From Candidatus Dojkabacteria bacterium (GTDB taxonomy: Bacteria > Patescibacteriota > Dojkabacteria > J137), in assembly GCA_025999215.1 (NCBI GenBank), contig AP024679.1, positions 569,924 to 633,923 of the forward strand: a stretch of DNA of 64,000 bases. The letters run 5' to 3'. The translations under genes and the position numbers were made by a program. Positions 57,287 through 64,000 of the stretch are shown here, piece by piece; position 1 is the first letter of the stretch; each line of letters begins with the position of its first letter. The notes below the pieces were generated by a model. That model saw only the letters and a list, made by a program, of their open reading frames with translations. It searched no databases and was not told the DNA's origin.

Positions 57287-60200
57287 ATGACAAGTTTTGA
57301 AAAAATTTACAATAAACTAAACAAAGAACAAAAAGATGCTGTTGATACATTGCAAGGACCAGTTCTAGTTATTGCCGGGCCAGGAACAGGAAAAACTCAA
57401 ATGCTGGCAGTCAGAATTGCAAATATTTTAAAGAAAACTGATTCACTTCCAGAAAACATTTTATGTCTTACCTTTACTGAATCAGGAGTTAGAGCTATGA
57501 GGGACCGTTTAATTGATTTTATTGGTAAATCAGCGTACAGAGTATCAATTCATACTTTTCACAGCTTTTGTAATGAAATTATACAAAAACATCCAGAATA
57601 TTTTGATATCGCAAATGCCATTCAAATTGATGATTTAAATCGTTACAAAATATTTGAAGATATAATAGAGGAAATTAAAAATGAAAATATAAATTCAAAA
57701 ATTTATAAATACGCCAGAAATAATCTTGGAGTACTTATTCGAGAAATACAAAATTTGAAAAAAGAAGGTTTAGGACCTGAAGAGTTAAAAACTAAAATTA
57801 ACGACTTAGTAATTGAGCTTAAAGCAAGTGATTCTTTTCAAAAAGGAACTCAGAAGTCAAAAAAAGAACTTGAAAAATTAGAAAGAAGTTTAGAGCTAGC
57901 TGAAGTATATGCCAAATATCAAGAAATCCTAAAAGATAGAGGTCTTTATGATTATGAAGATATGATTAATTTTGTGATTGATGCTTTTGAAAGAAATGAA
58001 GACTTGCTTATGCAATATCAGGAGCAATATTTATACATAAATGTTGATGAATACCAAGATACAAATGGTTCTCAAAATAAACTTCTAGAACTTTTGGGTT
58101 CATACGATAGATCGCCAAATATTTTTGTGGTTGGTGACGATGATCAAGCAATTTATAGGTTTCAAGGCGCCAATGTCGAAAACATTTATAAATTTTTCAA
58201 ACATTTTGAAAATGTACAAACTTTTGTTACCGTGCAAAATTATAGATCTACACAAACAATTTTAAATGCAGCCGATAGTTTAATTTCAAATAATAAAAAA
58301 AGGTTAACAAATGAACTTACGCATATTTCAAAAAAATTAAAATCAAACACTAATTTTACAGAAAAACCTATAGATGTTATTGAATTTGATTCTGAGGAAT
58401 TAGAATACGTTTTTGTGGCAAAAGAGATTTTAAGGCTTAATCAGGAAGAAAAAACGCCTTTTTCTGAAATAGCAGTAATTTATAAAAAACATGAATATGC
58501 TAATGAGTTATCACGAATTTTAGATAAGTTTGAAATACCTGTAAGTGTCAAATCAACTTCTAATGTTTGGGATAATGAATATATTCAAAAGTTAATTAAA
58601 ATTCTAAAAGCATTAACACTTTTTGATGATTTTGAAGATCAATTTATATATGAAATTTTGGAGTTTGATTTTATTAATATAAATCCTGTTTTGGTTTACA
58701 AATTAGCAAATTTTATAAAAAAAGAAAAAATATCATTCTTAGAATTTTTTACCGATGAAAATTATCAAAAGACAATTGAAAGTTTAATCACTGAAGAGTT
58801 TTTGTCAGACTTACAAAAAGCTCGGAATGTAATATCAAGCCTCATTAAATTTAATGAAAAAAAATTTAATTTAAATTTTGTAAAACTAATTGAAGAAATA
58901 ATTAACGATTTTAAAATTGTGCAATTTTTGTATGAAAGAGCTGATTTAACATCCCTCAAAGCTCTATCTCGATTCATGGATTTAATATCATTAAACATTA
59001 AGCTCAATAAAGATTTTGATATTCAAACATTTTTAAGGGATCTTGAAATAATAGAAAATACTAGTCTTCAAAGCCCAAACATTGATTTTGAGGATAATAA
59101 TAACTCCGTTACACTAACTACAGCGCATAGTTCAAAGGGTTTGCAGTTTAAATACGTTTTTATAATTAGATCAACCGAACAAGGATGGATTCGTAAAAAA
59201 GCTGATTCTTCACTAATTCCGAAAGAAATTCTTCTTGATTTTGATAACTCAATTATTGACCCAGATAACAAAATTGAAGATGATAGAAGACTTTTCTATG
59301 TTGCCATGACAAGAGCGAAAGCACACATCTATATAACATATTCAACAACTTACAACGGAATTAATGGAATAGAAGAAAATATTCCCGTGAGATTTATTGA
59401 TGAAATAGATGAAAAGTTTCTAAATAAACAAAAAATGAAAAATTTTGAAGTAAAATCAGATGATTACTTAAAAATTCTTTCTCCAACAAAAATTAATTTT
59501 ACTGAACAACAAAAAGAATACATTAAGTCTAAAGTTGATAATTTAACAATAAGTAGCAGCGCCTTAAATCTCTTTATTTCTGATCCAATTGAGTATTTGA
59601 AGCAAGAAATTTTAGATTTTCCACAAGTTCCAAACAAACACCTTGCAATGGGTTCAGCTATTCATAAAGCGCTTGAGTTTTTTAACCTATCTGCCAAAAA
59701 AGGTAACTTAATCACCCTTGATGATTTTCTGAAAACTTTTGAGTTAACACTTTATAAAAATTTTTACGGTTTCAGTGATTACGAAGTAGTTTTGAATGAA
59801 GGCTTAAACAACTTAGAAATGTATTACAAAGAAGAACTGCAAAATGTGCCTTTTGAAGATATTGCAGGAGTTGAATACGATTTTAGCTCTCACAATGTTT
59901 ATCTAGATATCAAAAATCATAAACCTGTCAAATTAACAGGAAGGATTGATCTAATAATATTTACCAACAAAAACTCAAATGAAGTAAAAATTATTGATTA
60001 CAAAAATAGTAATCCTAAATCATTGAATGAAATTACTGGCCAAACAAAAAAACGTGATGAATCTGTTTTAAGACAGTTAGCCTTTTATAAACTTGCAACG
60101 GATATTGATAATTATTTTAGAGTTGAAAAGAACTTAAGCAAACCAAAATTTGAAGTTTTGACAACAGAAATTAGATATTTAAAACCAAACAAATATAGTA

Positions 60201-60355
60201 AAAGTAACAAATTTGTAAAAAGACAAGTTGAGATAGAACATTCATATGTTGTTAATTTAAAGAAAATTATAGAAGAAGTTGTTACAAGAATAAAAAATTT
60301 AGAATTTCAAGAAGAATATAAACCTATTAGTTTAGTTACTGGTGAGAGAATATGA
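57287..60355 (+). CDS. UvrD/PcrA-family helicase fused to C-terminal PD-(D/E)xK (RecB-like) nuclease domain
   Basis: Walker A is 'AGPGTGKTQ'. 'VDEYQDTN' is helicase motif II, 'VGDDDQAIYRFQGA' is motif III, and the arginine-finger region is 'TAHSSKGLQF...YVAMTRAK'. The C-terminal 'GRIDLIIF...IIDYKNS' is the nuclease motif. Confidence 0.85.
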   Translation: MTSFEKIYNKLNKEQKDAVDTLQGPVLVIAGPGTGKTQMLAVRIANILKKTDSLPENILCLTFTESGVRAMRDRLIDFIGKSAYRVSIHTFHSFCNEIIQKHPEYFDIANAIQIDDLNRYKIFEDIIEEIKNENINSKIYKYARNNLGVLIREIQNLKKEGLGPEELKTKINDLVIELKASDSFQKGTQKSKKELEKLERSLELAEVYAKYQEILKDRGLYDYEDMINFVIDAFERNEDLLMQYQEQYLYINVDEYQDTNGSQNKLLELLGSYDRSPNIFVVGDDDQAIYRFQGANVENIYKFFKHFENVQTFVTVQNYRSTQTILNAADSLISNNKKRLTNELTHISKKLKSNTNFTEKPIDVIEFDSEELEYVFVAKEILRLNQEEKTPFSEIAVIYKKHEYANELSRILDKFEIPVSVKSTSNVWDNEYIQKLIKILKALTLFDDFEDQFIYEILEFDFININPVLVYKLANFIKKEKISFLEFFTDENYQKTIESLITEEFLSDLQKARNVISSLIKFNEKKFNLNFVKLIEEIINDFKIVQFLYERADLTSLKALSRFMDLISLNIKLNKDFDIQTFLRDLEIIENTSLQSPNIDFEDNNNSVTLTTAHSSKGLQFKYVFIIRSTEQGWIRKKADSSLIPKEILLDFDNSIIDPDNKIEDDRRLFYVAMTRAKAHIYITYSTTYNGINGIEENIPVRFIDEIDEKFLNKQKMKNFEVKSDDYLKILSPTKINFTEQQKEYIKSKVDNLTISSSALNLFISDPIEYLKQEILDFPQVPNKHLAMGSAIHKALEFFNLSAKKGNLITLDDFLKTFELTLYKNFYGFSDYEVVLNEGLNNLEMYYKEELQNVPFEDIAGVEYDFSSHNVYLDIKNHKPVKLTGRIDLIIFTNKNSNEVKIIDYKNSNPKSLNEITGQTKKRDESVLRQLAFYKLATDIDNYFRVEKNLSKPKFEVLTTEIRYLKPNKYSKSNKFVKRQVEIEHSYVVNLKKIIEEVVTRIKNLEFQEEYKPISLVTGERI

Positions 60356-61201
60356 TACTGGATATGAAACTGGTTTGGGCTTGAAAGTAACTTCAAAGCT
60401 TACTTCAGTTTTGTTTCCTGCATTATCAATAGCTTCAATGTTAAATTCATTTTGACCTGGTCTCAAAGTAACTTTATGACTAAAAAAAAGCCCTTCACTC
60501 AAAAATACTGGTTTAGAATTAATTGTTAACTCAACTTCCTCATCAACCTTACCAAAGATTTCATAAACATCGTCATCTGTTAAAAAAGAATCATTTAACA
60601 CAAAAATGTTAGGTGGTATTGTATCAAGCTTAAAGTTTAAATTTATGTTCATCATGTTTAGAAACTTTGTCATTTTGACAAAGTTTTGATCATTAATAAC
60701 TTTTGCAGAAAGATTTTCAACTGTTAATGTTTCAAAATTAAAAACTTCTTGCTCTTTGATTGTAATATCTCCCAATTTAACGTCCGTTAGCGCAATCAAA
60801 ATTCCTGACATATCTATTATTACTCTAGAATTTGATGGTATCACGATATTATTAAGTTCATTATTGAAACTAAAATCTTTAAAAGTTTCAACATATAAAA
60901 AACCCCTACTAAACTGAGATAGTGAAATTCCATCCTTCTCAAGGCTAAAAACTACCTTACCACTTGGAATCAAAAAAATTGTTACGGCATCATTTTGAAT
61001 TTTGGCATTTTCAAATAATTCTATCTGAAGCGAGTTATTAACTGTATATTTTTTGTCTAGCTCATTATTTAATGAATTAAAAACACTTACTTCGTATAAA
61101 AAGTCATTATTTGAAAGAGAAATGCCAGCTGTCAAATAAAGAGCTAAGCTTACAGTTGAACAAAAAACAAAAATAGACGCATAGTAAATATAATTAAGCA
61201 T
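60332..61201 (-). CDS. Secreted hypothetical protein
   Basis: 289 aa with a signal peptide and beta-rich composition. Confidence 0.5.
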   Translation of the reverse strand: MLNYIYYASIFVFCSTVSLALYLTAGISLSNNDFLYEVSVFNSLNNELDKKYTVNNSLQIELFENAKIQNDAVTIFLIPSGKVVFSLEKDGISLSQFSRGFLYVETFKDFSFNNELNNIVIPSNSRVIIDMSGILIALTDVKLGDITIKEQEVFNFETLTVENLSAKVINDQNFVKMTKFLNMMNINLNFKLDTIPPNIFVLNDSFLTDDDVYEIFGKVDEEVELTINSKPVFLSEGLFFSHKVTLRPGQNEFNIEAIDNAGNKTEVSFEVTFKPKPVSYPVSYSLTSN

Positions 61202-61272
61202 AGTTGCAAAAATTTGACTAATTCAATATACTATAATCATTGAAATTAGAAAATACTTTTTAAATTACATTT

Positions 61273-61857
61273 ATGGCAAATCTTAACATAAATCCTAAAA
61301 AATTTATGCCTAACTTAATTCATGTTCTTAGTCCATATGTTGATAAAGAATCTGCAGTTGTTAATTCGATTGTTGAAATAAATTCAAAGTCAATAAACAA
61401 ATATGAACTGATCACCGAAACCGGTCATCTTAAATTAGATAGAGTTGGGTATTCATCCCTTTATTATCCATTTGTTTATGGTGCTATACCTATGACATTA
61501 GATGAAGATAATGATCCACTTGATATTATGATCGTGAATGTTACAGAACCTCTAGTGCCAGGTTCAGTTGCAGAAGCTAGAGTGATAGGTATTTTAAAAT
61601 TTAATGATGGTGGAGAAACTGATGACAAGATTATTGCAGTTTTAAATGATGATAAACGAGTTGATCATATCAACTCAATTGATGATTTAGGTGATCATTT
61701 CAAAAAAGAAACAGCTTATTATTGGGAGCATTATAAAGATTTGAAAAAACCAGGCACATGTAAAGTTGAAGGTTTTTTTGATGTTTCTGTAGCGATACAA
61801 ACTATAGATTCTTGCATCTCAAGATATGATGAAAAAATAAAACCTCAAGTTGAGTAA
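61273..61857 (+). CDS. ppa: Inorganic pyrophosphatase (family I)
   Basis: 'DNDPLDIMIVN' matches the family I PPase 'DGDPLDVLV'. Tyr and Lys active-site contexts are present. 194 aa. Confidence 0.85.
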   Translation: MANLNINPKKFMPNLIHVLSPYVDKESAVVNSIVEINSKSINKYELITETGHLKLDRVGYSSLYYPFVYGAIPMTLDEDNDPLDIMIVNVTEPLVPGSVAEARVIGILKFNDGGETDDKIIAVLNDDKRVDHINSIDDLGDHFKKETAYYWEHYKDLKKPGTCKVEGFFDVSVAIQTIDSCISRYDEKIKPQVE

Positions 61858-61948
61858 ATTTTTGACAATATTTTAAAAATGTAATAGAATCATTTAGGTT
61901 CTACCTAACATTCCTAGAAAAATTTATATGTTATAGGTAGAGCTCTTT

Positions 61949-62554
61949 ATGTCTTCCCAAAAAATTAAAAATTATAATAAAAAATATAAATCTTCTATTC
62001 ATGATTTAGAGAATGTTCATAACTTTGATACGAAAATTGATATTTTAAAGCAGTTCGTTAAATTTGATTTCATTGAAAAAGAAATAAATTACGACATTGG
62101 AGAACTTAGTATTTTTTTAAATAGTCAATGTCTTTTTAAATATTATTATTTATACAACTCTACAGCTTCTAATTTTAACTATTGTCTTAATAAAACTATT
62201 GATGAATTAGAAAAGTTATTGAAAAAAGAACAAATTCATCCTAGTTATACTTTTTTATATTTTAATATATCAAAAGAGTTTTTTGGTGATTTAACAACAA
62301 TCAAACTTGGATTTAAAATGCATGAAGTTTTCCAAGAGTTTAAAAAACAAAAAGGCAATATTAAAATTATTTTTACTCTAAATTTTGAGAATTCAGTTTC
62401 ACCTTTATTATTAAGCTTTTATGAAAGTTATAATTTGGATGTACATTCTGGTGATACAAACTATGCTTTTGAATTAATAAAATCATCTCACACATCAAAT
62501 AATTTGGAAACTTATAGAAAATCTGATACTATTTTACATGCAAACTTTGGTTGA
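61949..62554 (+). CDS. Hypothetical protein
   Basis: 201-aa ORF with no motif. Confidence 0.4.
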   Translation: MSSQKIKNYNKKYKSSIHDLENVHNFDTKIDILKQFVKFDFIEKEINYDIGELSIFLNSQCLFKYYYLYNSTASNFNYCLNKTIDELEKLLKKEQIHPSYTFLYFNISKEFFGDLTTIKLGFKMHEVFQEFKKQKGNIKIIFTLNFENSVSPLLLSFYESYNLDVHSGDTNYAFELIKSSHTSNNLETYRKSDTILHANFG

Positions 62555-63344
62555 TAATTTAGAAAATATATTAATTTTTCCCCTAGCTTTAATTTTAGTT
62601 TATGAAACTATTTTGTTTGTTTTTGGTATTTTATTAAAAAATAATTCAATTGCTGATGTTGGTTGGGGTTTAGGATTTGTGATTGTTGCTTGGTTTTCAT
62701 ATTTTACACAATCTCCTCAAACTAACTTAGATTTGCTAGTTAATGTTTTAGTATCAATTTGGGGAATAAGACTTTTTTTACATATTGCTTTAAGAAATTT
62801 TGGCAAGCCTGAAGATTTTCGATATCAAAATATGAGAGCAAATTGGAAAAAATTTTTTCTATTGAAGTCTTTCCTAATTGTTTTTTTCTTACAAGGTTTT
62901 TTGATGTACATAATAAGTTTACCTGTTATTTTTGTAAATGTATTTTCTGAAAACACAGAATTTAGTTACTTCACCTGGGCTGGTTACGCTATATTTTCTA
63001 CTGGTTTACTATTCGAAACTATTGCTGACTGGCAATTATCAAAATTTGTAAATTTGAAGAAAAAAGGATACTTAGAAAAGGATGCAATTATAACTAATGG
63101 CCTATGGAAGTATTCAAGACATCCAAATTATTTTGGTGAAGCTTTGCTTTGGTGGGGAATATATTTTATTGCAATTGAAATACCATTTGCCTGGCTTACT
63201 TTACTTGGTCCATTAACAATTAATATTTTGGTTCGATATGTCTCTGGAGTTCCACTGCTTGAGAGAAAATACATGAAAAACCCAAATTTTAGAGAATATG
63301 CAAATAAAACAAGTGTTTTTATACCATTACCTCCAAAAAAATAA
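62538..63344 (+). CDS. DUF1295/ICMT-like membrane protein (steroid 5-alpha-reductase C-terminal-like)
   Basis: 'GLWKYSRHPNYFGEALLWWG' is the characteristic RHPNYxGE motif in a 6-7 TM protein. Confidence 0.7.
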   Translation: MQTLVDNLENILIFPLALILVYETILFVFGILLKNNSIADVGWGLGFVIVAWFSYFTQSPQTNLDLLVNVLVSIWGIRLFLHIALRNFGKPEDFRYQNMRANWKKFFLLKSFLIVFFLQGFLMYIISLPVIFVNVFSENTEFSYFTWAGYAIFSTGLLFETIADWQLSKFVNLKKKGYLEKDAIITNGLWKYSRHPNYFGEALLWWGIYFIAIEIPFAWLTLLGPLTINILVRYVSGVPLLERKYMKNPNFREYANKTSVFIPLPPKK

Positions 63345-63398
63345 ATCTTTTTCTGTAAAATTAACTGTGCTAAAATCACTTTGTTTAAGAATTTTAAA

Positions 63399-64000
63399 AT
63401 GAAGTTATCTCTAGGAATTGTTGGGCTTCCGAATGTTGGTAAATCTACCTTATTTAATGCTTTAACGAAACAAAGTATACCAGCAGAAAATTATCCATTT
63501 TGCACAATTGACCCAAATGTTGGAATTGTACCAGTACACGATGAAAGATTATATCAAATAGCGCAAATTGCAAAACCTCAAGAAATTATTCCAGCGGTTG
63601 TTGAATTTGTTGATATAGCTGGACTAGTTCGAGGAGCTAGCAAAGGTGAAGGCCTAGGTAACCAATTTTTAGCTAATATTCGTGAAGTTGCTGGTATTAT
63701 TCATGTAGTTAGAGCTTTTGAAGATACCAACATTTCGCATGTTGAAAATTCTGTAGATCCAATTAGAGATATTGAACTTATCCACACTGAATTGATACTT
63801 AAAGATCTTGAGACTATATCAAAAAAAATATCAGAACTTGAAAGTAAAAGCAGATCAGACAAAAAATACATAGAAATACTTAATTATTTTCAAAAATTAA
63901 ATGAACATTTAAATTCCTTTAATTTAGCAATTGACTATCCATTATCAGACAAAAATGAAATAAATGAAATTAGAAAAAATCTTTTTTTATTAACTGATAA
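63399..64000 (+). CDS. ychF: Ribosome-binding ATPase YchF (N-terminal part; 3' end outside window)
   Basis: '[18 protein letters not shown]' is the G1 motif, followed by 'DIAGLV' (G3) and '[18 protein letters not shown]'. Confidence 0.88.
   Translation, partial: MKLSLGIVGLPNVGKSTLFNALTKQSIPAENYPFCTIDPNVGIVPVHDERLYQIAQIAKPQEIIPAVVEFVDIAGLVRGASKGEGLGNQFLANIREVAGIIHVVRAFEDTNISHVENSVDPIRDIELIHTELILKDLETISKKISELESKSRSDKKYIEILNYFQKLNEHLNSFNLAIDYPLSDKNEINEIRKNLFLLTD

Noticed and set aside
1-64000. Alternative genetic code (UGA recoded as Gly, as in some CPR lineages)
   Set aside because: Long ORFs (up to 1022 aa) are intact under the standard code, and conserved C-termini end at TAA/TGA where expected. 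The glyA break at a TGA resumes in a different frame with conserved SHMT sequence, indicating a frameshift rather than a sense TGA.
1-64000. CRISPR arrays, rRNA operons, tmRNA/SRP RNA
   Set aside because: No regularly spaced direct repeats were seen. No rRNA-like GC-rich blocks are present. The conserved SRP 'GGAAGGAAGCAGC'-type motif and a tmRNA tRNA-like 3' end were not found in the intergenic regions.

Overview
This is an AT-rich bacterial chromosomal segment, roughly 30% GC by eye, read in the standard genetic code (long ORFs are intact and TGA terminates). I call about 70 protein-coding genes and 8 tRNA genes: Gly-GCC, Thr-CGT, Arg-TCT, Arg-TCG, Lys-CTT, His-GTG, Lys-TTT and Gln-CTG. I found no rRNA and no CRISPR array. 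Several features suggest a reduced-genome lineage such as a CPR/Patescibacteria-like organism: the gene set is small, PheT is short, there are many secreted cysteine-rich surface proteins, and a lone VirB4-type ATPase is present. This lineage assignment is an inference.

Housekeeping genes identified by motif:
- Cell envelope and metabolism: glmS (3' end), murG, ppa, a ZIP zinc transporter, and a MacB-type ABC transporter.
- Translation and tRNA: pth, pheS/pheT, miaB-like, gatC, rnpA, and ychF (5' end).
- DNA repair and recombination: xerC/D-like recombinase and tag.
- RNA metabolism: a YhaM-like exoribonuclease, a ThpR-like 2H phosphoesterase, an RNase J-like enzyme, and a UvrD-helicase/RecB-nuclease fusion.

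Accessory and unusual content:
1. A 5-gene cluster combining an NlpC/P60 amidase, an ATP-grasp ligase, a SAM methyltransferase, a fold-type II PLP enzyme and a small Zn-ribbon protein.
2. A Gram-positive-type VirB4 conjugative ATPase next to a tRNA-like fragment.
3. The folate one-carbon genes glyA (1 frameshift) and folD (4 or more frameshifts) are both disrupted.
4. A higher-GC island flanked by tRNA-His and tRNA-Lys, carrying an APH-like kinase and degraded small ORFs.
5. A roughly 1.9-kb segment bounded by imperfect direct repeats of about 140 bp that each carry a TTGACA promoter, with higher-GC ORFs and strong GC-rich terminators.
6. A higher-GC, cysteine-rich DUF11 surface-protein gene split by two frameshifts.
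7. A FecR-domain protein in an operon with a CHASE2 adenylate cyclase.
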